A stretch of DNA of 64,000 nt, taken from the NCBI RefSeq assembly GCF_001194135.2, contig NC_068981.1, forward strand, positions 19,145,150 through 19,209,149, read 5' to 3'. Below the pieces are notes generated by a model. It saw only the letters and a list, made by a program, of their open reading frames with translations. It was not told the origin of the DNA and searched no databases. The stretch is from Octopus bimaculoides (Eukaryota). Of this stretch, positions 1 through 12,479 are shown piece by piece. Each line of letters starts with the position of its first letter. The first letter of the stretch is position 1. The position numbers and the translations under genes were made by a program.

Positions 1-37
1 TGTGTGTGTGTGTGTGTGTGTATATGTATGTGTGTGT

Positions 38-230
38 ATGTGTCTGTGTCTGTCCCCCCAACATCGCTTGACAACCGATGCTGGTGTGTTTACGTCCCCG
101 TACCTTAGCGGTTAGAATAAGTACTAGGCTTACAAAGAATAAGTCTTGGGGTCGATTAGTTCGACTAAAAAGGCGGTGCTCCAGCATGGCCACAGTCAAA
201 TGACTGAAACAAGTAAAAGAGTAAAAGAGT
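38..230 (+). mobile_element. 3' half of tRNA-derived SINE family A
   Basis: Matches the 3' half of the complete copy at 29624-30033 (cttgacaaccgatgctggtgtgtttacgtc...ccagcatggccacagtcaaatgactgaaacaagtaaaagag) and follows a (TG)n tract. Confidence 0.85.
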
Positions 231-258
231 ATGTACGTATGTATGTATGCATATCTTT

Positions 259-1040
259 GAGTGTGCGCTGGGTAAATTTGACAGTTTGTACAAAAGCAAA
301 CACAATATCCAATCTGAAAATAAAAAAAGTTTTAAAAATCAAAACATAACTAGTATATGGATGGGAGGTAGCAGTTTACTCAAAGTAGCCACCCTCAGCT
401 TCCACCACAGTCTCAAATCGGTTCCAGAACCTGACGCAAGCGTTTCTCACTGTTCCTGGGAGATCTTCGAACACCGTGATCTTGGTTAGCTCAGCTTTGG
501 TGTTGCAATCAGAGCGGTTGATGTCTTTCTCAACCGTGCCCCCAAAACAATAATCCATGGCATTACAATCGGGGTAATAAGGAGGCCAGAAATTGGAGCT
601 GGTGAATTCATAGAAATTCTCCGATGACCACTTCTTTTTCTTTCCGAAGGCATGGAATCCTGCTGCAATATATATGTCCTTCCAGCAGCAACTCTCTTCT
701 GCCAGGGATTGACTACAGTCTCCAGCAGCTTCGTCTGAATTGAGCCTAAGGCCCTGTTTAACGATGTGTAGTGGTATGACGTCACCCTTGCTAGAGACAC
801 ATTCAAAGACTTCCACAGATGGAGGAAACTTAGCTTACGTGAAACGTGGCACATCACATGTATTGTACGCAAGCCACCTGCTACCCTGAGTGACGTGTAA
901 CTGGACCTGGTTGTAGTTCTTTTGATCTAATAGGAATCAGATCACCCCCGGCTCAGTAAGGTGCCTCAACTTGTTCAGGAGCTTCTTTGACTTCGTCAAG
1001 CATTCCCCCTTGACCTTGGCTGTTAGAATTTGTCCCTTGT
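259..1040 (-). mobile_element. Degraded Tc1/mariner-superfamily transposon, maT/DD37D-like
   Basis: Frameshifted transposase pieces: KLLNKLRHLTEPG (~950-1010), LLETVVNPWQKRVAAGRTYILQQDS, FWPPYYPDCNAMDY...FETVVEAEGGYFE*; TIR-like end at ~259-290. Confidence 0.8.
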
Positions 1041-1656
1041 GGCTCTTGTACGAAGAACAAGGGACAAATGTCTAACATCTAGCTTTTGTTTTAGTTACCT
1101 CTTTCCTTCAATCTTTTCAAGTTGTCTCTAAGCTTTTATGGCTTTATCTACCGTAATAAGCTGCTGTCTGGCTGAAGCAATTCTACATCAACAGATCTGC
1201 TTTGGAACTCCGTTGTCCGACAATGTGTACCAGTGTTTCAGTCAACTGGATTACCTTAATTAATGTGTAAGTTGCTGAGCACTTCACAGATCTGTGTACC
1301 CTTAAGATGTACCCTTAAATTAAATCCCAGGCAGAATCACCATCACACAGTATGTGAAAAGCTGTCCTTCTTCAATAGCATGAACTGACAATTCTACTGT
1401 TAATAATTTAGTGTAAGATTTACCCCTATCTATACAAGTATAAATTACCATTTTTTATGTCAAACGTGAGTTAATCGTATTTAAAAAGATTATTTAGTAA
1501 AAACCACTATATACGTTATAAATTTATTGAATAAAACTAGTAAATATATATATAGATACACACACACACACACACNNNNNNNNNNNNNNNNNNNNNNNNN
1601 NNNNNNNNNNNNNNNNNNNNNNNNNNNNNNNNNNNNNNNNNNNNNNNNNNNNNNNN

Positions 1657-1845
1657 TATATAAGAACGCTAGCCACTACACATTCTTTGTTTTCTCTCCT
1701 TGTTTGATTCTGTGTTCCTTTCTGTGAAAAAGCGTAGGCTCAAAACGTTAAAGACTTTTTCACTTCCCGAGCGTTAAACTAATACATCTGTTTGTTGTCT
1801 ACACCACTTGTCTTCGTCTTTTGTTTTCCTGTAAATTTCAGCTAT
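1657..1845 (+). mobile_element. Solo PLE terminal-repeat fragment with degenerate hammerhead motif (family P1)
   Basis: Homologous to 41430-41640(-) and 56790-56975(-). HHR-like cttt-ctgtga-aaaagcgtaggctc-aaaac-gtt-aaag at 1718-1753; ends in a TA-rich microsatellite. Confidence 0.65.
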
Positions 1846-1850
1846 ATACA

Positions 1851-1885
<35 letters not shown>

Positions 1886-1896
1886 GTATATATATC

Positions 1897-2494
1897 AGGC
1901 GTGGCTGTATGGTAAGTAGCTTGCTTACCAACCACATGGTTCCGGGTTCAGTCCCACTGCGTGGCATCTTGGGCAAGTGATTTCTACTATAGCCTTGGGC
2001 CAACCAAAGCCCTGTGAGTGGATTTGGTAGACGAAAGCTGAAAGATGCCCGTCGTATAGAGGAGACCCCTTCGGTCATGGATGACCATGGGATTGCACCT
2101 AGAAAGTTATCCTCCGAGGCACAAGTCCGGCCAAAATTGTTTATGGAAGGCCAGCAGTCGCCCATGCATACTAGCCTCTACTCTCCACACCACTGATGTT
2201 TTCCAAGGGAAAGGCAAAGGCTCATACGGCTTGGCGCTAGTGACGTGGTAACTCATTTCTACAGCTGAGTGAACAGGAACAATGTGAAGTAAAGTGTCTT
2301 ACTCAAGAACACAACAGGCAGCTCGGTCCGGGAATGGAACTCACAACCTCACGATCGTAGGCTCGACGCTCTAACCACTGAACCATGCCCTTCACTGTCA
2401 TTGTATATGTGTGTGTGTGTTTGTGTGTCTGTGTTTATCCCCCACCATCGCTTGACAACCGATGCTGGTGTATTTACGTCTCCCTAACTTAGCG
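1897..2494 (+). mobile_element. SINE family A, interrupted by a nested SINE and 3'-truncated
   Basis: A/B-box head (tggctgtatggt; ggttcagtccc) and body 1897-2058; 3' half resumes at ~2400-2494. Confidence 0.85.
2059..2395 (-). mobile_element. tRNA-derived SINE, head/core B with tail 1, inserted in the central microsatellite of SINE A
   Basis: Reverse complement of the copy at 28118-28457. Confidence 0.85.
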
Positions 2495-2497
2495 TCA

Positions 2498-2886
2498 GTA
2501 AAAAATGCGGAAGGCTTAACTGTGGGATATGCGTCAATTTAATTGAGGGATCAGAGTTCTCCTTCAAATAGGGACAACATTTCACAGTGAAAAGCAGCTT
2601 CAGATGTGCTTCGGAGAACCTGATATACGCACTAACCTGCTCTGGGCGTCAAGAGCAATACATAGGCCAAACAAAAAACAGTCTACGCCAAAGGATGGCT
2701 TTGCACAGATCCCAGATCAAAATTTAAAAAAAAACAGAAAAATAGCATTCAGCCAACACATCGACATTTGCGCCAATAACAAAAATCCAAGCTTCAGAAT
2801 TTTTGTCCCCTCTATCAATTCAGGAATGATACAACCTGTAGCCAACGAATTAGTAAAGAGTCTCTCTATCACAAAATACAGACCCC
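2498..2886 (+). mobile_element. PLE GIY-YIG endonuclease fragment
   Basis: Frameshifted translation [14 protein letters not shown]...VKSSFRCASENLIYALTCSGRQEQYIGQTKNSLRQRMALHRSQI: Cys-rich linker plus IY...YIG motif. Second copy at 18175-18565(-). Confidence 0.85.
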
Positions 2887-3999
2887 AAAATATATTTTGT
2901 ATCTTTTCATTTGTCTTACTCGCTTACGTTCTGGTGTTTGCTGAATTTTCTTGAGAACAATCTTTTCTTAGCGGTCAGACCATAGGTGGTCTACTTCTAG
3001 CAAAATGGATGTCCACTTAGTGGTCATCCCTCTTATATGTATGTAATATAATTTTTATGAATCTTCAGATTTTTCAATTTGCTAGGCCACTGGTTTTAAA
3101 TTGATATTAACCAAATTAATATTCAATTTCTCACACTTATTTAAATTTATATATGTATATATATATATATATATTTATGTATGTATGTATGTATGTATGT
3201 ATGTATGTGTGTATGTATTATGTAAATATGTACATAATCATTCGCATAAACACACACTGTGAGTGTAGCAGAGAGTAACCTACCTAAAATATTCATAAAC
3301 ACACATATGTGTCTACACTGAATCCTAAAACATTTGTTACTAAGATACAACAAGCATTTGTATAATAACATCATTATTCTCGTGTTCCTGTAGTATCTTA
3401 AACACATAATTTATTTAATTTACTCTGGATATAATTTGTAAATCTGAACGACATTCCGTACTACATGACTGTCACATATAGGAGACCTCGAAGTATTCTG
3501 GGAAATTATTCAATAAAATACTAATACTGATGTTGTCAACTTTTGAACATTTTACTTCCTTACTTCCCTCTGTCGTACACAGCCCCGACAACATTCTTGT
3601 ACTTGCTATGTGAACCATTTCACAAGACTGGCATCGAAAGAAAAAATAATATTTTCTCCTCTCTCTTTCTAGCGCAGGACGTTGTGAACAACAGCCTGTA
3701 GCCAGATTTCTATCTTCTATGACATTTCCCTTCCTGTGTTCTCTGTGATAGAATAAAATTATAATACATTTCTGGTTGACAAGAATTTTCTTTAGTTATG
3801 TGCATTTACTATGCACTGCTGCAGATACAACATTCTGTAGTACACGTACACACACAAACACATACACACACACACACAAATACACATACACACAAATATA
3901 ACAGCAAACATAAAAGCAAAAACAAGAACCATAAACAGTATAGTAGTTGAATGTTGTTAATAGCACTGTGGTTTGAGGTTTGGTCAGGTATGTATACAC

Positions 4000-4330
4000 T
4001 CTGACAGTTATAGAATGGATTGGTTTAATTAAGCTTACTAATCAAGACAGGTGGAAGACCCAAGGATGTTATTATGTCCGATGTTGGTTATAGCTGGAAG
4101 AAGTTTAGCAAACTTCTGCATCAGTGATAAAGAAAATTATCTGTGTATAGTGAGTGTCAGAAGTTAGGAGTGCCAAGAGAGTATGATGAATATAATGTTT
4201 AATGTAGCATGCGTGTGTGAGGAACTGATTGAGGCAAGCAACCTTCTAAATGTAACCAATATTCCGAGGAATCAAATATTTTCTTCATCAAAGAAGATAA
4301 CAGAATGAAGAATTTGGTACTAGACAGTAA
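4000..4330 (+). mobile_element. Highly degraded RTE-clade LINE ORF2 fragment
   Basis: SWKKFSKLL-like motif at ~4090-4120, resembling the post-RT region of RTE elements; many stops. Confidence 0.4.
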
Positions 4331-6498
4331 TCTAAATTGAGTAGATTAATATAGTTTTGTTATTGTTATTCTTATTGCTATTTGGCTCCCAGGTTAGCTT
4401 TGATACAACAGACCTCATAATCAAAGATATTCCAGATGAGACCATCCTGTCTTTTATTCTGACGTACTGACATCGTATATCTATGACTTCAATATCTAAT
4501 ACTAAAAGAGACACTACCCTCCGGGTAGGTTCTTCGTTTATATACACACGTACACAAACACTCATGTATATAGCTATATGCATATATATATATGATTATA
4601 TATATATATATATATATATATNNNNNNNNNNNNNNNNNNNNNNNNNNNNNNNNNNNNNNNNNNNNNNNNNNNNNNNNNNNNNNNNNNNNNNNNNNNNNNN
4701 NNNNNNNNNNNNNNNNNNNNNNNNNNNNNNNNNNNNNNNNNNNNNNNNNNNNNNNNNNNNNNNNNNNNNNNNNNNNNNNNNNNNNNNNNNNNNNNNNNNN
4801 NNNNNNNNTATATGTATGTATGTATGTATGTATATTCTCGTATTTTTTCTATAAGTAGAATTAGATAGACCAATGCGTCCATTCCTAATTTAAGATGGTA
4901 GAGCGGGTTTTGAGGGGAATTTGGCTGCTATTTCCAACAGATATACCAACTATATAGGTTTCCTTGTTGATCATTAACCAGCTGACATAAGCTATTACTA
5001 TCTTACATGTTAGGCAATGATACAGCAGAAACCTCTCTTTCTCGCTCACCTTCTCTTTCTCACTCTCACTCTCTCTCTCTTTCTCTCACTCTCTCTCTCT
5101 CTTTCTCTCACTCTCTCTCTCTTTCTCTCACTCTCAGTCTCTCCTCTTTCATTTCTTTATATCTTTCCTTCAGAGAAGTAGTTGGGCGTAAAGGACGTAT
5201 GGGGCATAATCTACTGAGGGAAAGAATTGGTGGTAAGCGGAAGGACTGACAAAGTTCTGGGTACATATACCTGTGTGTGTGTGTAAGTGCAATTGTGTGT
5301 GTGTGTGTAAGTGCAATTGTGTGTGTGTGTGCGTGTGCGTGCATAGCAGGGAAGAAGGGAGAGAAAGAAGAAAGAAGAAAAGAAAGGAGAAAAACAAGAA
5401 AATTAAAGGAGAATAAAAGAAAGTAAAGGGGGAAGAGGAGAAAAGGAGTGAAAGAAAGAACGGGGAAGAAAGAAAAGGAATAGAAAAATAAAAGGAAAGA
5501 CGAACAGGTGTTCGAAGAATACAATTAGAAGAATTCGTTATAAGAGTAGCAGATGATGAACTGTTAGAAGCAAGGAAGGGAACATAGAAATAAAATGTAT
5601 ATAATAACATGGCTATCATATTGGCAGGGGGCACTAAATTAGAAGGATAAGTAAAATAGCAAAGTAATAAACAAAATATAGAATAATACAAAATAGAATA
5701 ATACAAAGAAATTTTAGGGACGAATGAAGATTGCGAGTGGGTATATAAAGTGTTGAAAATTAAAACGAAAGAAAATGATAACAAGTGAGGTACTTGGAAA
5801 GCATTTTCCAAGTCAAGATGAATACCACAAAATATTCAATAAAACACTGTCAAAGTTAGCTACAGCTGCCTCAATAATACAAGAGAATTACACTACGGTA
5901 GTAGTTGAATAATATTCTTAAGGCCACAATTTACTCACAAGCAGCATCTTCAGAGCTTATCGCAAATTAAGTTCTTAACCAAATTGAAATATGTTAACAT
6001 TTTTGAAGAGGACAGGTCCTTAGCTACATTTTGGCATAGAAATTGAGATTTGTGTCCAGTGGAAAAATGTTTACATCAAAATTTGTAGCAACGTTATAGG
6101 AGAGTAAGTTACGCCTCCAATCAAGTTTAGATCTTAATAACTTTTTTTATTTTAAAAGCAAACCATATGTATCTTAGCTTCAATGATAGAAGAAACCATG
6201 AGGAATTTCATAGTTGTGGTCCCATTCAACAAAAATTTGTATCAAAAACGTTGTGAGGTAAAATATCATGAAAATATCATGAAGCTTTAAAAGAAAAAAG
6301 TTATGAGGGTTTATTTCTGAAATTTGAGGGTGATAATATAGTTCTATACTTTTTTATGAATATAGTTCTATAAGGGGACTTATAATATCACCGGCATCAT
6401 TGAGATAAGGAAACATTTATCAACAACACCGCTAATTGACACATTTGACACATTAGTAATTATCATAATAGCATAGCCTGGAAAAAACATGGATTAGA

Positions 6499-7292
6499 TG
6501 AAAAAATGCAAGCAAGAGAAATAACATTCATAAGATTATAAACCTGGAAAATTACAGAAGCTGTTACACTTGGAAAAGTTCAGGACAAGTTATTACATCT
6601 GGTAAAGTACAGAACAAGAAATGTTTTACTTAAAATATTGCAATTAAGGATAAAATTTGAATATTGAAAATTATTTGAGTTTAATTTACAGAGTAACATT
6701 AACATTAAAAAAGTTTTATGCAAAGAAGAATAGTATATATGGTAGGCAAATTCATTATGTAAAAAATAGGCATTGGGTCAAGACTAAAAATGTGAAGACT
6801 TGATATCTTAGGCAATTACTCAAGCAAATGTTACTGTGAATTTGTTGTTATAGGTAGATTTTACTATAATATATAACTAATTTTTGTATTATTCTATTTA
6901 TTATACTAACTAATTATATACTACTATTATTTTTATTACCTATTTTAAAATTTCTAATTATTAATTGATAATTTAAAAAATGAATTGTTTTAAAGTGCAA
7001 AAACTATTTTGAATTGTTTTATATTCTTAATAGAAGTAACAAATAATAACAAATAGATGCAATAACTTGTAATCAAATTTTTTGTTTTAATAAAAGCTAA
7101 TATTTTCTCAATCTAAATATTTTATTTGAAATTTTATCCTTAGCTGCAATATTTTAAGCAACAATTTTCTTGTTCTGTGCTTTACCAGATGTAATAAGTT
7201 GTCCTGGACTTCTCCAAGTGTAATTACTTCTCCTATACTTTTCCAGGCTTACAATCTTAGGAATATTATTTGTCTTGCTCGTATTTTTCCAT
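6499..7292. repeat. Diverged ~180-bp inverted repeat pair with AT-rich spacer (fold-back/MITE-like insertion)
   Basis: 6499-6680 aligns with the reverse complement of 7110-7292 (caggacaagttattacatctggtaaagtacagaacaagaaa vs tttcttgttctgtgctttaccagatgtaataagttgtcctgg). Confidence 0.75.
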
Positions 7293-7591
7293 ATAATTTA
7301 ATAATGACCCGCCAAGAATGTAATTTTAGAAACTGGCAGCAATGTCCACTAGATAATAAGTGGCTCACGAAAGAATCCGTCTACAAGGCCAAAGTTTAAA
7401 ATAACAGAGACTCCATAAAATTGTATATAGGGCTCCGAGATAGCTTTTAGACCCGTTTTACGTAACACCTTTGTACCATCCGTAACAATAGAACGAATTC
7501 TAAGTCGTTGTCTAAATACATTTAGTACTTATAGGAAAATGATATAAATGAACGGAACGCACGATGCGAAACCGAAAAACTGCACATCCTT

Positions 7592-8865
7592 TTAGGTTGT
7601 CCAGAAAATTCTGAGCACTTTTTAATATGCAAAAAAGGGATATAAATAATTGACCTTTCAATCAATTTTATTCAATGAAATAATTTCCATTATTATTATC
7701 AGGCAATTTAAATATTCCATCAGCATAAAATTTGACTGGTTTTGAAGAAAAAATGTTATCTAGATGCATTTTGACTCCATCTAAATCGTTAAATGTTTTT
7801 CCTTGCAATGAGTTCTGTAGAGACAGAAACAAGTGGTAGTTAGATGCTGCAATATCAGGAGAATATGGTGGATAGGGTAAGAGATCCCAGCCAAGTTCAT
7901 GTAACTTTGTTCGGGTAGCCAAAGGCACGTGTGATCGGGCATTGTCTTGTTGGAACACCACTCCTTTCCTGTTGGCAATCTTCGGCTTTAATTCTTTGAT
8001 TTTTTGGTTCAAATTAGCCAGCTGACGACAGTACACATCAAAATTAATGGCCTGGTTTTGTGGGAGAAGCTCATGATAAATAATGCCGTTATGATCCCAC
8101 CAAACACAAAGCATAGCTTTTTTGGCATGGATATTCGTCTTTGGCTGCTATTTTTGGGAATCCTTACGCAAACTCCAGGATCTTTTTCGCATTACGTTTT
8201 CGTACACAATCCATTTTTCATCTCCAGCCATAAGATGTTTCAAAAAAGGCATGCTTTCATTCCGTTTCAAAAGCATATCACAAACGGAATACCGATCCAA
8301 GCAATTTTTTTCTCAAAGTTTGCTAGGGACCTATACACATTATTGCGAGAACTGTATGGTAGCTTCATGGGGTGTTTATGAGCTGTACTTTTAGAAATTT
8401 CCAACTCCTCTGCAAGTTCTCTAGTCGTGATATTTGAGTTTTCTTCGATTTTTGCCTTCAAAACATCTTCGTCCAATTTTGAAGGTCTTCCACTGCGACT
8501 GTCATCTTGCAAGCTAAACTCCCCAGCTTTGAATTTTGCAAACCACCTTTGAACAGTTGATTCACTTACAGTATCATCACCATAAACTTGACAAATGTTT
8601 TTTTCAAATCTTTGTAGCATTTTCTCCATTTTTTTTTTTTAAAGGAGAGCATTACAACGCGAATATGAAAATGTTTGTTTAACCATTTCAAATATCAATA
8701 AAGGGTAACCGGACTGAAAGATAAAACTATTTTTAGTCGCAAACAAAGAAGAAACGCACTAACACTTCAAGCAACGTCAAAGTTTTAACTGTTACGCTTC
8801 AGGTATGTTCAATGAAGCGTTAAAAGATTTAGCTTAAAAACGCTCAAAACTTCTGGACAACCTAA
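7592..8865 (-). mobile_element. Near full-length mariner (DD34D-type) transposon, frameshifted
   Basis: TIRs ttaggttgtccagaa (7592) and ttctggacaacctaa (8851-8865) with TA at 8866-67; ~1.27 kb. Transposase motifs YGDDTVSESTVQRWFAKFKAG, MLCVWWD, FQQDNAR, PPYSPDIAASNYHLF in ORFs 8267-8629 and 7668-8114. Confidence 0.93.
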
Positions 8866-10699
8866 TAAACTCAGGAGAAGAGATACTTTGCCCCTGCCTC
8901 CATGCAGGAAAAGTCAATCTACAAATGTTTAAATACTCGTCCCCGAGGCGAAATCCATGAACAAACAGAATAGCAGTAATCCTAAACGCGATTTATCTAG
9001 TCATAGCGCCCACTCTTTAGCCTTACCATAATAATAACTGCCCACTCCATCACCCTAACCTCCACTGTTATTACAATCACAAAATTCCCCCACCCCAACT
9101 ATTTCTTTTCAGTGACTTCATTATTATCTCTGTCTCCACTACCGAAACTGCTTGAAGTAGCAGTATAGACACATTTCACATAACCATGATCGGGTTTAGG
9201 ACATAATCCTTTCAACAATACAATTATATCTGTCGTCAATCTTTCTTTATTCCTACTATGTCTGTTGGTCACCTGCATCGTTATGTTTAGTGTTTTTAAT
9301 ATTGTACGCTCCTATAATCTCACCCGCTTCATTTGTTCCACTCGTCTTCCTTACTTTCTTTGCCCCTTTCTTAATTTACTTACGTGACATATTTTACCCA
9401 AAATTCCTTTCATATTTACTTTTGTCTTTGTTTTTTGTCTTTAACTCCTTTCCGTTTTGTTGCTTTTTTCCCCCTATTTTCCTAGTTTTTTTTAATAAAC
9501 TATTATTTTATGAACTCTTTCAATATCTTTACATTCTCATGTATCCCATACCTTTCCTCCATCTTTTTAAGTTATTTTTTTTCTAATACTTTTCTCCCAA
9601 TATTTCTTAACACTTTTCCCAACTTTTACCATACAATGCCCTTTGTAATGCTCCTCAAAATGTTATTCATATCCCTACCAATATTCCTATTTTTGCCATT
9701 TTCCCCATTTTGTCTTTATTCTTATCTTATTTAATTTATTCCATTTTATTTCATTTTATTCCATTTCCGACCACCATTTAGAATTTTGAATTATTGACCA
9801 TAACTCCGAAACAGTACTTCAACCGTTATAATTTTGTTTCGTTTTTATTTTCAACACTTCCTTCAGTCTCTCCTAATCTTCCTTCATCTCTAAAATTTTT
9901 TTTTATATTATTTCATATTTTTGCTATTTCGTCTTTTCTTCTAACTCACTACTCCTGCCACTTTAACTGTCATGTTATATCCGTTTTATTTTTCATTTTC
10001 CAATGATTACTTCAAATAATTTATCATCTATTATTCGTATAGTGAATTCTTCTAATTGTATTCTTTAAACACCTGTTCGCTTTCCTTTTTATATTCCTTT
10101 TCTCTTTTTCCTTTCCTGTTTTCCTTTTTCTTTTCTTTCTTAAACTTTTATTTCTCTTCCCTCATTATTTTTCTTCTTACTTTTCCTTCTTTTTATCCTT
10201 TTTACTCTCATTATTTCCGTTTCGATTTTTCTTTTCTCCTCTTCCTTTTTCTCTTCTGTATTCCTCCTTTTTTTTTTACCTTTATCATACTTTCTTCCCA
10301 CCATCACACTCCATGTCCAGAAAAGTATAATTATATATAAATGTGTTAACCCTGTCAATGTTCTAGTCATACCTTTCGCTAAGATCTTGTGTGCCTACAG
10401 GTGAAGCTCAAGGTAGTAAGAGACTAGCTCGACCGGAATAAAATATCACTGATCTATACCATGGTATTGAGTATACTTTACGACAGTTAATACTGATAAC
10501 ACGAGTAAAATGTATGGCAAAGTGGAAACATGCGCCTGAGAAGTGTAGAAACATATAGCGAAAAACAGCAAGCAAATATATACATACACACACGCACACA
10601 TTATAGAAAGGGCTCCGTCATGAGCAGAGAAGATGAAAATTTAATGAAGCTAAATTAGTCGTTTATATTAAATAAACTTTCATTTCGGTGTCAGAAAAA

Positions 10700-11035
10700 T
10701 ATGTAGCAGTTGAACACTGGAGTCGATATAATCGACTTCCCCTTTTCCCCCGAAATTGCTAGCCTTGTGCCAAAATTTGAAATCCAATATTAAAATAAGC
10801 TCCAAAAATAGCGAGCTCGCTGAATCGTGACCGCGCCGGGAAAAAAATGATTAGCGGCATTTTATCTGACTTTACGTTCTGCGTTGAAATGTCACTAGTG
10901 TCGACTTTATATCTCTTTCTTTCGGGATCGATAAAAGTTACCAGTTGAACACTGGAGATCGATCTAATCGACTTACCCCTTCCCCGCAAATCACTGGCCT
11001 CGTGCTAAAATTTGGAACCGATATCAAATAAACCC
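10700..11035 (+). mobile_element. Two adjacent partial copies of SINE family C
   Basis: cagttgaacactggag..gat.taatcgactt.ccc...gaaat..ct.gcct.gtgc.aaaattt occurs at ~10705-10790 and ~10940-11020; homologous to 24615-24810. Confidence 0.7.
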
Positions 11036-11149
11036 CAGGAAAGAAAGATGTTTGTACGAACTGACATAACATAGTTGAAAAGTAAGTCCCTCACTTACTG
11101 TCTCACGAAGAAATCATTTGAAGATATTTAACTTAATGTGTTTCGCAGT

Positions 11150-11810
11150 CATTAACTGATTGGTTGTTAATTGATGCAGTAGATTCATTTAAGTGTAAGG
11201 CGTGCATCTAGGGAGTTTCAGCTGGAAGTAGTGTTGAGTTGGATCTCAGTAGGGGTGTGAAGATGGAAGGTGCGAAAGTGTTTTGTTACTTAGGCGATAT
11301 TGAGAAAATGGATCAAACTCGATGACTGTGGCTTGAGTGAGATGTACATAAAAGAAATACTAAGAACTGAGAGGTGAACTACTGAAGAAAGAAATTATGC
11401 TGAAACTGATGGGAAAGGTTTTTGTTGCATGTGTATATAAGTGCCATTATTTATCGAATATTGGTAACAGATGTGGAACAGTAGACTTGGAGAGAAGAAA
11501 AGAATGAATTATAAATGATTATAGGAATAGAATCAATGACAGATGTTGTGAAGCAAAATGAGATGAAATGGCTTGGTCGTATTCCGAAGATGGATGAAAG
11601 TGATTCGATGAGAAGAGTGGTGGAAATGAATGTAGAAATGAATGTGGAAAGAAGTAGGGTTAAAGGAATACCGAAAGGTGGCCTAAACAGCTAAAGCTGA
11701 TGGAAGAAGAAATGAAGGCAAGGGAGCTTTCTTACAGAGGGTGAATGTAGAAGAGTGAGTAAAACGGAGAAAACTATCATGTGGTCCACAGGGCTAACCT
11801 CTGTTGTATC
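11150..11810 (+). mobile_element. Degraded RTE-clade LINE ORF2 C-terminal region
   Basis: VDSFKCKAC, FCYLGDI and WLGRIPKMDESDSMRRVVEMNVE motifs with stops; compare 21090-21320. Confidence 0.65.
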
Positions 11811-12479
11811 CGGGGAAAATTGCTTAAAAACAGTTGTTATTTTGTCCAGTTGTATTTTAAAGAAGTCAGCCTTGGAGCCTCTATGACGGAGCCCTTTCTA
11901 TTTCCATAAAATTTTGATGGAAATATTTGAACATAGAATTACAGTGTAATAAAACTGTTGTATATTATAGTGTGATAATGTTGCTGCTGCTGTTTCTAGC
12001 ACAGAAGTGTATTGCCGCATGGTTCTTTATGTCTGATACATAGTCTACATATCCAAGATGGTCCTGGCTGAAAGAAAACGAAATTCTGACTGCCGGCTTC
12101 TGGGATTGCAGATAAGGCCATCTCTTCTGCCATTTCCGATTCATTGATCTGTGGTACTTGCAGAACGGCACTTTCTGAGCCATGCTGTTATTGTGGTGTC
12201 GCTGTTGTTCTCTTTCTTTGTTGATCGAGCTTTTCAAGCAGGTAACCCTTAATTGGCGTTCACTGCCACTTGTTTAACTGATGGGCATTTTGCTTTACAC
12301 AACCGGTCTCATTCCTCTTCTTTCGACGTCCACAACAATACATCTCCAGAATAGGCCATGAAGACTTGCCAGTTCATAAAGAAACCGCTCCACCCAAACA
12401 TGTCTTTTTCAGTCAATTTGGCATTCTTTATTTGCAGGTACTTCAAGAAAAGATCCCGCATTTAATGTTAATTATAGTA

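Larger units (their letters stand above)
5350..10330 (+). mobile_element. 5'-truncated Neptune-like PLE fossil with inverted 5' tail copy and nested insertions
   Basis: KHFPSQDEYHKIFNK-TVKVSYSCLNN (5799-5878); ECNFRNWQQCPLDNKWLTKESVYKAKV*...LYIG (7316-7431); endonuclease continues after the mariner (8868-8985). 5480-5787 is a diverged reverse complement of 9824-10100. Confidence 0.75.

Noticed and set aside
4483-4882. Long ORFs in the supplied track made of X, YI, CV, TH or poly-P/V/M/I runs (also 12468-13120, 16677-17347, 18516-19570, 34919-37257, 54590-56839, 60990-62008)
   Set aside because: They come from translating N gaps and di/trinucleotide microsatellites, which lack stops in some frames.
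9140-9170. GAAAC-TGCT-tgaagt-AGCA-GTA: well-formed hammerhead stem III and cleavage triplet just after the Neptune endonuclease
   Set aside because: No CUGANGA box or 5' strand of stem II is found upstream; at most a half-deleted relic.
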